Positions 10,801-18,546 of a stretch of 64,000 nucleotides of DNA are shown piece by piece. The stretch lies in the NCBI GenBank assembly GCA_963749155.1, contig CAVVLO010000002.1:864001-928000 (forward strand), read 5' to 3'. The position numbers and the translations under genes are program-made. Each line of letters starts with the position of its first letter. Position 1 is the stretch's first letter. The notes under the pieces were generated by a model. The model saw nothing but the letters and a program-made list of their open reading frames with translations, was not told the DNA's origin and made no database searches. The stretch is from an uncultured Armatimonadia bacterium (GTDB lineage: Bacteria > Armatimonadota > Zipacnadia > CAVVLO01).

Positions 10801-11053
10801 GCCAGGAAGCGCCGACATAACCAGGCTCCCCAGTGAAGTCACACTCGAGCTTCAGGCCCTTGGCGAGGGGCGTGCCGGCTGGTAGATCAACTGCGGCCGT
10901 GATTGAGCTAGCGCCCAGGCTGCCGCCAAGTTGGCTAAGACTCCAGCCCTCGGCCGCCTGGAAATCCGCCCCGGCCAGCTCGAGGGGCGCAGCCAGGGCT
11001 AACCCCGCAACAACGAATATGATTGTGAAAACTGCTGCCAGCAGTCTGTTCAT
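7802..11053 (-). CDS. Secreted multidomain clan-A glycoside hydrolase (GH39/GH5-like) with N-terminal CBM-like and C-terminal CBM9/DOMON-like domains
   Basis: Signal peptide; WEVWNEPN (acid/base), VSVHPY, MWSTEIGWP (nucleophile), FWYNYRN; C-terminal LWRGDSIQL...FIVNEND. Confidence 0.8.
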   Translation of the reverse strand: MNRLLAAVFTIIFVVAGLALAAPLELAGADFQAAEGWSLSQLGGSLGASSITAAVDLPAGTPLAKGLKLECDFTGEPGYVGASWRGASWPGQPEKVSFWIHTGGTPHTIVLRLRDSSGQCFQKTLLDLAAVKGWQRLETSLADLPSWHHFGGPDDGQVHYPLSLGELIIDRNAPDSNATIYFADLRITTEADPSELVRLDVVQKLKWPLVFDLDELLVFRLGLTNLSTAASLPVEVEWNLTDAAGVAARSGSGKLSLPAGSTKEIRATFKAPRYGVWYCKFLVKGEGWAKEGTASIAVTSKPEETTFVDDAPWGMGIYFSRYGFDELDTAAKLAQQAGIKWSREEFSWSSIQRAPDVWDWSRFDPDVEAAYSHGIQLFGLLDYWNDAIAPPYTETGAKAFAEYCRQVVSRYKDRIKYWEVWNEPNIQPFWKGPRNFYARVLELAYKAIKEADPEARVMAFSTAGVDLEFIKTIIDEGAIGDFDFVSVHPYRYPPTPEQTDLVGQLQNAQARLLEWGCPDEPMWSTEIGWPTNLGGNGSTELKQAQMIVRTYLLSLASGTTSKIFWYNYRNDGFDPEYNEHNFGILRRPFEPKPAFLSYKTMTERLGGAPRFVRRLETTDDGNYVLEFKTGDQTTFVCWRDGEGEASIALKLGSNAFRAWDLFGNLLPIRGVSGTANLTIGPSPIFVSSISRHIEASVRDDWFTVKVVPEIAAPGQEVQLQARLENPVRHTLRGALAFDAEWEESPAAALPVELVERKVISRSSLLPESLEPGQYQVKATLYDQVNRGLRSSGQVSVQVPISLELRPSPGTTSAFAILLTPREPKLKGLLTARFADGTVKGPYPLEFHSQESKLVTIPMPADFAQTGQAQAELELTLFGRGTMTAPVRFASLAVSKLATAQPDCSLVLGPANFTSLTSQTAGSADDLSAQAGFAWADEGLHFRFVVKDDVQAEGPSAAELWRGDSIQLALSRALPYAAKEDNYLEVGFALQGDRPLLYIWQTPRGMEAAKLVEASRLSITREGASTVYEGVLAVADWLELRSGAQFGLSFIVNENDGGGREGWLEWGGGIGYHKSPADFGYAAL

Positions 11054-11081
11054 TTTTTCCTCCCTGGGCCTTCAGCCCCGG

Positions 11082-12518
11082 TCACAGCTTCCGCCGGTGA
11101 CGCAAATAAGTCTCGTTCATCCCAAGCTGCTCGCACTGGCCAAGGAAATAATCGTGTAACCGCTGTGCAACTTCGGGATACTGGTCTATCAGGTCATGCT
11201 GCTGGCCGGGATCCTCATCCAGCTTGAAGAGCATCGGTTTGGGGACTCTGCCCTGAGGCACCATCGCAGAGCGCTCTACATGGTCTATAGCATGTTGCAG
11301 CGCCGCAAACAGAGGCGCGTCAGGACTGCCGTAATGGATGAGCGACCAGCCCCCGCTTGTTATGGTCGTTGGCCTGCCCGCATTGGAATCATAAGAGAGG
11401 GCGGGCGAGCTTATCGTGCCCTCGCGTATGGAGTCGCATCGGCCCGCCATCATTGGCACCAGCGACTGGCCCTGGAAGGTCTCTGGCAAACGCGCGCCGG
11501 CCAGTTCGAGCAGGGTGCGGCTGACATCTGGCGGCTGGACGAGGCCACTCAGCCTGGCCGCGTGATGCTGCCCTGGCAGGCGGATCATCAAAGGGATATG
11601 GGCTATTTCTTCCCATAACGGGCAATTGGCAAAATGGCCATCCCAGATATAACCTTTGCCTTGCAGGTTGTGTTCTCCGTGGCAGAAGCCATGATCAGTA
11701 GTCACGATGATGGCCGTGTCGTCCAGGAGCCCAAGGGCCTCCACGCGCTGCATCAGATGGCCAATCCAGGCGTCCACCAGGCTGACCTCGCCTGCATAAA
11801 GCGCGCGTATATGCCTCATCTCGGCGGGAGTATAAAAGTCCGCATCGGTATAGCGCGGGTAGACTATATTGTCGCCGGTGTACGAGCCTTCGGGCTCATA
11901 CATACGCAGATAACTGTCCGGCGGATCCCAGGGCTCATGGGGATCAAAGGTATCTACATAAAGGAAGAAAGGCCCCTCGTCCTTGTTCTCCTCGAGCCAT
12001 TCGCCGGCTTTGCGCATGGACTGAGCACAGAAATGGTCTCTCTCCCCCTGCCTGTGCGCGTTGTTGCGCATAAACTGAGGCGGGATTATATCGGGCTGGC
12101 GGAGTTTCTCGCCTGGCGCAGGCAGCTTCGGGTGGCGCGGAAAGGTGCGCCAGCGGTCGTTCTCCTGCCCGCGTATCCACTCGAATCCGCTGAAGCCTCG
12201 ATCATAACCGGTGGCGTTCTGCAGCAGATGGGGCGTGTCACAGATGAGCATCGTCGTATAGTCGGCCTGCCCCAGGACTTCTGACAGGACAGGATACTGC
12301 CTGGGTAGTGGCCCCCAATCAAGCTCGGTAAAAGTAAACCTGCCGGTCACGAGATCGCACCGATTAGGGATGGTCGGGAACGAAGCCGTATAGGCGTTCT
12401 CGAACAGGAAACTCTCAGTAGAAAACTTGTCCAGGTTGGGCGTGTGAATCCACTCGTTGCCGTAACAACCGAGATGGTCACGCCGGAGCGTATCGGACAC
12501 AACCAGGATGATATTCAA
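11082..12518 (-). CDS. Sulfatase / alkaline-phosphatase superfamily hydrolase with Thr at the nucleophile position
   Basis: NIILVVSDTLRRDHLGCYG, TPNLD, SFPTIPNRCDLVTGR, DPHEPW, TDHG, HIPLMI. TTG start 12518 after a GGGGGGA RBS. Confidence 0.85.
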   Translation of the reverse strand: MNIILVVSDTLRRDHLGCYGNEWIHTPNLDKFSTESFLFENAYTASFPTIPNRCDLVTGRFTFTELDWGPLPRQYPVLSEVLGQADYTTMLICDTPHLLQNATGYDRGFSGFEWIRGQENDRWRTFPRHPKLPAPGEKLRQPDIIPPQFMRNNAHRQGERDHFCAQSMRKAGEWLEENKDEGPFFLYVDTFDPHEPWDPPDSYLRMYEPEGSYTGDNIVYPRYTDADFYTPAEMRHIRALYAGEVSLVDAWIGHLMQRVEALGLLDDTAIIVTTDHGFCHGEHNLQGKGYIWDGHFANCPLWEEIAHIPLMIRLPGQHHAARLSGLVQPPDVSRTLLELAGARLPETFQGQSLVPMMAGRCDSIREGTISSPALSYDSNAGRPTTITSGGWSLIHYGSPDAPLFAALQHAIDHVERSAMVPQGRVPKPMLFKLDEDPGQQHDLIDQYPEVAQRLHDYFLGQCEQLGMNETYLRHRRKL

Positions 12519-12653
12519 ACCGATTTCCCCCCTGGATACTGGGGGAGGGCGCGCAGAATCGCGTCCTAGTGCTTCAACCTGGTTGTGCGAAGTAGAGTGT
12601 GGATGTTGCTGCGTTCTGGGCCAGGGCGCGCTCCCCCTTTCCAAAGTTCGGTA

Positions 12654-12710
12654 AACATACTGGAATCCTTCCTTATGTGTCAATTTTTTTTCTTATATTT
12701 TTCTTAAGTA
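12654..12710 (-). promoter_or_regulatory. Sigma70-type promoter for the sulfatase operon
   Basis: TTGACA-N18-TATGTT preceded by an A-rich UP-like tract. Confidence 0.65.
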
Positions 12711-12729
12711 GTTAGGTGATTTGTTGCAG

Positions 12730-12761
12730 AAAAAAGGGGCCTTCCCGTAGGAAAGCCCCTT
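12730..12761 (-). terminator. Rho-independent terminator after the DUF4139 gene
   Basis: AAGGGGCTTTCC-TACG-GGAAGGCCCC followed by TTTTTT on the minus strand. Confidence 0.85.
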
Positions 12762-12814
12762 GTGACGCCGGTGAAGCTAGTCTCGATTTAAGAAACGCCC
12801 CGGTCAAGTGCGCT

Positions 12815-14233
12815 TCAGGTTCCTGCTGGCCGCTCTCCAACCTCGACTGTATAAGTCAGAGTAGCCTCGCCATCAGCGGGCACATCCACGATCCACTCCT
12901 GGTAATCGGCGCCCTTCTTGCTGCCTTCCTGAGACTGCTTCTGGATTCGCCAGTCGCCCCAGAAGCGCTCGCGGACGGTAACCTTGATGGCTTCGGCCTT
13001 GTGGTTCTTCAATACGAACTTCCCATCGAACTGCTGCAGATTGCCTGGATAATCGCGCCGGGCCATCAGTGTCTTCACCGAAGTCACATCGAAGGCCTCG
13101 CCTACTGTCAACCAGATGGTCTCGTTCTTGGGCGTGTGCTGGATACGGTCCTCGCCGATGAGCTGGCTCGAACCGGAGCTGTCCTTTTTGTAAAGCTTGA
13201 CTATACCGGCAGGCAAAGGCATCCCAAGCCCATTGGCCTCGGCGTTGTCGAACTTCAGCTTTACTTTCACCTTGTCGGGCTGCTCGGGATTGGTGCTGTA
13301 GCCGACATTGCTCTCGCAAAGGAAAACTTTATCCAACCCGAAACTCGGGGCGTCCAGCAAGGCCACCTGTTTGATCTCACGGTCGCTCACGGTGGTCGGG
13401 CGTTGGAGTGAGTAGAGGTGATACTCGAAGAAGCTCTCCTCTTCGAAGCCGCCCATACCTGCCGGCGCTGCCATTGCGAGATCAAGCGATCTGGCGTTGC
13501 GGTACATCTGACGCTCGGGTTGGGCGCGGTTGATGGTACCTGCCACCAGCTTGAGTGTGGCGTTCTTGTAAGTCGCGCCACTGTTGTTGGTAAGTGTGAC
13601 CCAGCCGTTGAGGCTGCCCTGAGTATCGGTCTCGTTGATAAGCAACACATAGTCCGCGCGCCAGGAGATCCCGCCGGTACAGTAGGTGATCTCGACCTGA
13701 CGCGATCCTTCTACCCGGCTGTCCAGCAGCCATTCCAGTGTCGGCTTGATGCGCAAGCCTTCGGAAAGAGCCGGCAGTTCTACTGTACCCGGCGCGTTGA
13801 TCACTATCTTGCCGCCTATATTCATCACACCAGGCCGGTCGCCGTTGATAGAGAGCAAGGTGCCGTTGTCGACGCGCACCAGCTTGCCTGCCTCATCGTA
13901 GACCTTGAGGGCAATCTCCTTGCCCAGGTATTTCTCCAGCAGCTTGCCAGGGCTGACGAGGTCATACTGGAAGTTCTGCTCCAGCACGTTGAGGGCAGTC
14001 CAGTCGGCGACATCGGTCAGCTTGACACTGCTGGCCTCTACCAGAGCGGCCACATCGGAGAACTCCAGCATACTGACACCCTTCGCCAGAGTCACTGTGC
14101 GAACATCCTTCACGACGCCGAGATTATCGTTGTAGACAGTGATGGCTACCGAGTCGGCTTTGGGCGCGTCCTGAGCCAGCGCCATCGCTGCCAGCACCAG
14201 CAACGCAAGGAGCATAATCGAAATTCTTTTCAT
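12815..14233 (-). CDS. Secreted DUF4139-domain protein
   Basis: Signal peptide; VAITVYNDNLGVVKD, LEQNFQYDL, ISWRADY, GWVTLTNNSG, FEYHLYSL, LGMPLPAG, HTPKNE. Confidence 0.8.
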   Translation of the reverse strand: MKRISIMLLALLVLAAMALAQDAPKADSVAITVYNDNLGVVKDVRTVTLAKGVSMLEFSDVAALVEASSVKLTDVADWTALNVLEQNFQYDLVSPGKLLEKYLGKEIALKVYDEAGKLVRVDNGTLLSINGDRPGVMNIGGKIVINAPGTVELPALSEGLRIKPTLEWLLDSRVEGSRQVEITYCTGGISWRADYVLLINETDTQGSLNGWVTLTNNSGATYKNATLKLVAGTINRAQPERQMYRNARSLDLAMAAPAGMGGFEEESFFEYHLYSLQRPTTVSDREIKQVALLDAPSFGLDKVFLCESNVGYSTNPEQPDKVKVKLKFDNAEANGLGMPLPAGIVKLYKKDSSGSSQLIGEDRIQHTPKNETIWLTVGEAFDVTSVKTLMARRDYPGNLQQFDGKFVLKNHKAEAIKVTVRERFWGDWRIQKQSQEGSKKGADYQEWIVDVPADGEATLTYTVEVGERPAGT

Positions 14234-14298
14234 ACCAGCACCTCCAGAGAGTCTGTTGCTTCTATTGTACAGTCAAAAGACGTTGTCGGCCTTGCCCG

Positions 14299-16437
14299 CT
14301 AGTCTACTTCGGGCAAAATCTTGTAGGCCATATCGTCGCTGACTACGATTACCTGCTGACCAAGCGCCAGGTATGGAGCCAGTTCGGGTTCGGCAGCAAG
14401 CAGGTCGAAATACTTCTCGCTGCCCCAGACAAGGTCGGTAACAGGCTGAGCCTTGTACAGCGAGTCAGTCCAGATTCCCTTTATCAGATAGAAAGTCCGG
14501 TCGCCGACCTGCTTCACGCCTTCGGTGGGAGATTCATTTAGCACACTCTGCTGCTTGGCCTGGTCGACATCTTTGCCAAGGGCCACGGCTCCTGCCCCAC
14601 TGCGGGTTTCGAGCGCCGTGCCAGCGCCAGCCATACCGTAACTGTCTACAGCTCCAGGCGAAGGGGGCACTGCTCCGATGAAGAGGCTCTCTTCACTTTC
14701 GCGCACCAGCATAGAGGTGTAAGGGGTTACGATGCCGTAGCGCTCAGCCAGTTTGATTATCTCGTCGCGCAGTTCGGCGGTATCACCCTCGAGTCGCAAC
14801 TGATCCATCAGATAACCAATCCGCCGGGCAGCCCACAGGCGTGGCAGAGACTTCTCTTCCCGGGCGTCAGCGGTAAAGGTCACTTTGGCGGAATGCCTGT
14901 AAGCCTCTTCTCCGCGCTTTCCAGTCAGCACGAGGGTTGCTTCTCCTGGCTGGCGATAACGCCCGACCACCACAACCTGGTCGCCCCAGAAAAGGTCACC
15001 TACCTCGGGAGGATAGACCTGGAAGACTTCAGCGCCTTCGAAGGTCAGCTCCACCTCGGTCATTGCGGGACGCGCAAGCTTCATCCACAGCGAACTGATC
15101 GCCTGTTCGACCTCTTCGTTCTCGGTCACATAAGTGGTGCGACCGCCATTTTCACTGGTCAGCTTGTCCAGTAGATGTGTATTGACATCATAGCCGACGC
15201 CGAATACGAACAACCTGGCCTTGCTGACCTTGTTAACCTTGTTGAAATTGGCGACGATAGTATCCTCATCCGTCTCGCCAGCCGTTGGCATACCATCGGT
15301 CAGGCACAGCACGAAACAGGGCCTGCCGGCCTGGCGATCAAAACTGGAAGAAGCCATCCCAAGCGCCTCGTCGAGGTTGGTCGAACCGACTGCTTCCAGC
15401 CCGGCGACGAAATCAAGCGCCCGTTTACGCGTCTGCTGGCTAACCTCCCGCAGCTTGCCAAACAAGGCCTCTGCCTCGCCCGAGAAACGCACCAGATTGA
15501 AGCGGTCTTGCTCTCCCAGGGAGTTGAGGCACTGGGTCAGCGCCGCCTGGGCCTGTTCAATCTTGGTGCCGCTCATACTGCCCGAGGTGTCCAGCACGAA
15601 AACGACATCCTTGGGCAAGGCAGCTTCGGTCTCGGCAAGACCGGGCGAGATAAGCGCAAGGAAGAAGCCCGGCTCCTTCGGCGCGCGATAGGTAAGCAAG
15701 GAAGCAGCTACCTCATCCTGCTTGACCGAATAGTAAAGGACGAAATCCTGATCGGGCAGAACGTCTTTTGCCTCCCAGGAGGCGGTTGCGCGTTTGTGAC
15801 CAGCTCGGGTCACTTCTACCTTGTGGGTCGGACTCCAGATAGAAGCCAGCGAGCGCGGATCTTCGAGGCTTACCGTGACCGAGCAGTCCGCAAGAGGCAC
15901 TGGAGAGTGCTTCTCGGTGGCCAGCGGGTAGTGCAACCTGAAGGTGCCCGCGTCATAATCCAGCACCTGGGAATACTTGAGCTGGACGCGCTTCTCGCCC
16001 TTCGCGGGGATGGGGTAGATACGCGCTCTGAAAGCACCCTGGTTCACGTATTCAAGCAGGCCGGGGTCGCGCAGCTTGCGCACGATGTCGAGATAGATTT
16101 CTCTGGCTTTATCAGCATCGAGTACCTCGGAGGTTAGCTTCTTGCCATCCTGCCAGAGGGCGAACTCGCTGACGACCGCCCCTTTGGGGATTGGGAAGAC
16201 ATAGGTAGCCTCCAGGTCGAAGGAGTTGGGATTGCGGAAGACCTGGTCTATCGAGAACTCCGCGACACCACCAGCTACGTTGATCTCGACCCGGTGGTAT
16301 TCTATCGGCAGCGACAGGACTGGCCTGACAGGGACAATTGGCATCACGTCGGGGAAGTCGGGGATCAGGATACCGTCGGCCAGTACCGAGCCAGCAAGAG
16401 CAAGTATCAGAGCAAGCACTAGAAGAGCCTGTTTCAT
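14299..16437 (-). CDS. Secreted VIT + von Willebrand A domain protein (inter-alpha-trypsin-inhibitor-like)
   Basis: Signal peptide; VIT domain (QVFRNP...EATYVFPIP...DPGLLEY); MIDAS DTSGSM...T...LTDG; RLWAARRI, IVTPYTSMLV. Confidence 0.88.
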   Translation of the reverse strand: MKQALLVLALILALAGSVLADGILIPDFPDVMPIVPVRPVLSLPIEYHRVEINVAGGVAEFSIDQVFRNPNSFDLEATYVFPIPKGAVVSEFALWQDGKKLTSEVLDADKAREIYLDIVRKLRDPGLLEYVNQGAFRARIYPIPAKGEKRVQLKYSQVLDYDAGTFRLHYPLATEKHSPVPLADCSVTVSLEDPRSLASIWSPTHKVEVTRAGHKRATASWEAKDVLPDQDFVLYYSVKQDEVAASLLTYRAPKEPGFFLALISPGLAETEAALPKDVVFVLDTSGSMSGTKIEQAQAALTQCLNSLGEQDRFNLVRFSGEAEALFGKLREVSQQTRKRALDFVAGLEAVGSTNLDEALGMASSSFDRQAGRPCFVLCLTDGMPTAGETDEDTIVANFNKVNKVSKARLFVFGVGYDVNTHLLDKLTSENGGRTTYVTENEEVEQAISSLWMKLARPAMTEVELTFEGAEVFQVYPPEVGDLFWGDQVVVVGRYRQPGEATLVLTGKRGEEAYRHSAKVTFTADAREEKSLPRLWAARRIGYLMDQLRLEGDTAELRDEIIKLAERYGIVTPYTSMLVRESEESLFIGAVPPSPGAVDSYGMAGAGTALETRSGAGAVALGKDVDQAKQQSVLNESPTEGVKQVGDRTFYLIKGIWTDSLYKAQPVTDLVWGSEKYFDLLAAEPELAPYLALGQQVIVVSDDMAYKILPEVD

Positions 16438-16465
16438 AAAGCCCACCTCCATTTGAAGTCACTGG

Positions 16466-16494
16466 TGGGACTGACCCTGACATAAAAAAGTTCC
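16466..16494 (-). promoter_or_regulatory. RpoE-type ECF promoter upstream of the VIT-VWA gene
   Basis: GGAACTT-N16-GTCCCA. Confidence 0.7.
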
Positions 16495-16513
16495 CGCACG
16501 AAGCGAGCCAGGG

Positions 16514-17932
16514 CTAGCGAGAGGCTTCCGAAAGCTGCGCCAGCACGTCACTGGGCGTTGCGTTGACCCAGGTGGCGTCCAGTAGAAGATTGAAGAGGGG
16601 CTGTGGGGCAGGCCCTGAAAGCAGGTTGGCCACAAGCGAGGCCGGCGCGTTTTCAGAATGGACGGTCACCAAACCCTCGGCCGCGGGAACATGCCACAGG
16701 CCCATCCGCTGAGCCAGGACAGTGCCGCCTGCCTGCAATCCCAGAGTGAAGCTGACTCCGCCTTGAGTGACAGGTAGAGTGACCGAGGCGGTGGGACGCA
16801 AAGCCGCCGGGCCAAAAGGCGCTCTGCCTTCCCATAGTATCTGGAAGGCCCCGGTGTGTTCGAGCAAGACCAGGCGCACGATGCCTGATTGCAGTCCAAG
16901 TGACTGCAGATCGGCGAAGGCTGTCAGTCGGGCTCCGCCCTGGCGAAGCACCACGGCATACCCAAGTGGATTGCTGCCAACCGGTGCGGGCAGTGTTCCA
17001 GCGCCTTCTGCCATACCCGTAGCAGTGGCCTGGTCAGCACCCAGCTCTAGCTCGAAAGCACCAGGCGCACCGCCATCAGGCCCTGGGCCGCCTGCAACAG
17101 CACCTGATTTCATCGCCATCATATCGTTTTCGGGCAAGCCACCCCCACGACCTGGCATCCCGGCTGCGCTGAAAGTATTTTCGCTGGCGGCCAGCGCCTC
17201 TCCCTCGTTAAGCGGCCTGAGCTTGAACTCGCTCGCTCGCACTGGCCTTCTGGCCTCTTCCATCTGAGGAGCAGCAGGCTGAATCGCCATCCTGTCATGC
17301 CCGGCCGGGGTGCCTGTTGGCGCTCCGCCAGGTTGGGGCCCTGGCGTGTAAGGCTGCATCGGGGGGGGTGAAGGCGGATAAGGTCCTCCCCCCATACCTG
17401 GGGGAACGGAAGTCATATTGCCACTCGGCGCTGGCATCATATTACCGGGCGCCATGGAAGGCGGAGCTTGATTTAGCTTTTGACCTGGCATACCAGGCGC
17501 AGCTGCATCAGCAGGTGCTCGCATCCCTTCATCAATCGCAGAAGGCGCCGGCACTGACAAGCTGCCTGAGGCGATTGGCGGGGGAGCTTCAGCGCTCTTC
17601 ATACCGCCCATCTGGCTCATCAAAGCGTAACTGCCCACCACGAGGACCAGCATCGCAGCTACCCCAAGCTGCCAGCCAACTCGGTAAATCCAGGGCTTCG
17701 GCCTGGCTAGTTGTACCTGGGCGATTACTCGCTCGGAAAGCCCTGCCGGGACCGCCAGCGAAGGCGTGTCAGCAATAGACTCGCGCAGCGCATCCAGTTC
17801 GGCATAAAGCTGCGCGCAAGCTGGGCACTCGGTGAGGTGGCCTTCGACCTCGGAGCGAAGCTGAGCATCAAGCTCACCATCGCGAAAAGCCGTATAAAGT
17901 TCTCTGAGCTGGTTACAGTTCATAATTTTCAC
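16514..17932 (-). CDS. Zinc-finger (ZAS/zf-HC2) anti-sigma factor with TM and Pro/Gly/Met-rich extracytoplasmic region
   Basis: C...RDGEL...HLTECPAC; TM; overlaps the sigma stop codon (GTGA). Confidence 0.85.
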   Translation of the reverse strand: MKIMNCNQLRELYTAFRDGELDAQLRSEVEGHLTECPACAQLYAELDALRESIADTPSLAVPAGLSERVIAQVQLARPKPWIYRVGWQLGVAAMLVLVVGSYALMSQMGGMKSAEAPPPIASGSLSVPAPSAIDEGMRAPADAAAPGMPGQKLNQAPPSMAPGNMMPAPSGNMTSVPPGMGGGPYPPSPPPMQPYTPGPQPGGAPTGTPAGHDRMAIQPAAPQMEEARRPVRASEFKLRPLNEGEALAASENTFSAAGMPGRGGGLPENDMMAMKSGAVAGGPGPDGGAPGAFELELGADQATATGMAEGAGTLPAPVGSNPLGYAVVLRQGGARLTAFADLQSLGLQSGIVRLVLLEHTGAFQILWEGRAPFGPAALRPTASVTLPVTQGGVSFTLGLQAGGTVLAQRMGLWHVPAAEGLVTVHSENAPASLVANLLSGPAPQPLFNLLLDATWVNATPSDVLAQLSEASR

Positions 17933-18546
17933 GCCCGTCCCGGTTCGACGGACTCACAGCTTGGACCGACCAGCGGTCCGAAAAGTTCCCTCTGGGCAGT
18001 CAGCTCTTCTCTCAGTGCGAGCCGCGCCCGGTTGAGGCGTGATTTCACAGTGCCTTCCTTGGCCCCAAGCAGTTGGGCTAGCTCCTCATAAGCAAGCCCT
18101 TCAAGGTCGCGCAGGAGGAGCACTTCTCTAAACTCGGGGGCAAGCCGAGTGATTGCCTCAAGCACGACCTGGCTGCGCTCATGGCGGAGAGTAGCTTCTT
18201 CAGGGGTGTCGCCTGACGCTGGCAGCAGCTCCCAGGGGGCTGGGCCCTCCTCATCAGCAGGCATAAGTGGATGCCGCGAGGACTTCAATACTTCGTCCTT
18301 GCAGACATTGGTCGCTATCGAGAGCAACCAGGTGGTGAAGGCCGAATCTCCCCGAAATCGTTTGATTGCCTTGAGAGCCCTGAGGAAGGTCTCTTGCGTG
18401 GCATCGGAGGCCAGATCCGGATTACCGAGGTAGCGCGCGCAATAGCCATAGACCCGAGGCAGATGCGCCCTGACCAATTCGTCGAAGGCGGCGGTATCAC
18501 CCCGTCGCGCGCGCTCCAGCGTCAACTTGGTCAGCTCAGGGCTCAT
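17929..18546 (-). CDS. ECF RNA polymerase sigma factor
   Basis: GDTAAFDELV, ATQETFLRA, FRGDSAFTTWL, LRDLEGLAYEELA, GTVKSRLNRAR. Confidence 0.95.
   Translation of the reverse strand: MSPELTKLTLERARRGDTAAFDELVRAHLPRVYGYCARYLGNPDLASDATQETFLRALKAIKRFRGDSAFTTWLLSIATNVCKDEVLKSSRHPLMPADEEGPAPWELLPASGDTPEEATLRHERSQVVLEAITRLAPEFREVLLLRDLEGLAYEELAQLLGAKEGTVKSRLNRARLALREELTAQRELFGPLVGPSCESVEPGRA
17961..17989 (-). promoter_or_regulatory. RpoE-type ECF promoter inside the 3' end of the sigma gene, facing the anti-sigma gene
   Basis: GGAACTT-N16-GTCCAA, same architecture as 16466..16494. Confidence 0.7.

Noticed and set aside
12519..12645. SRP, 6S or tRNA gene in the long hairpin region
   Set aside because: The SRP domain IV motif and tRNA cloverleaf are absent, and it is short for 6S. 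Kept only as a candidate leader.
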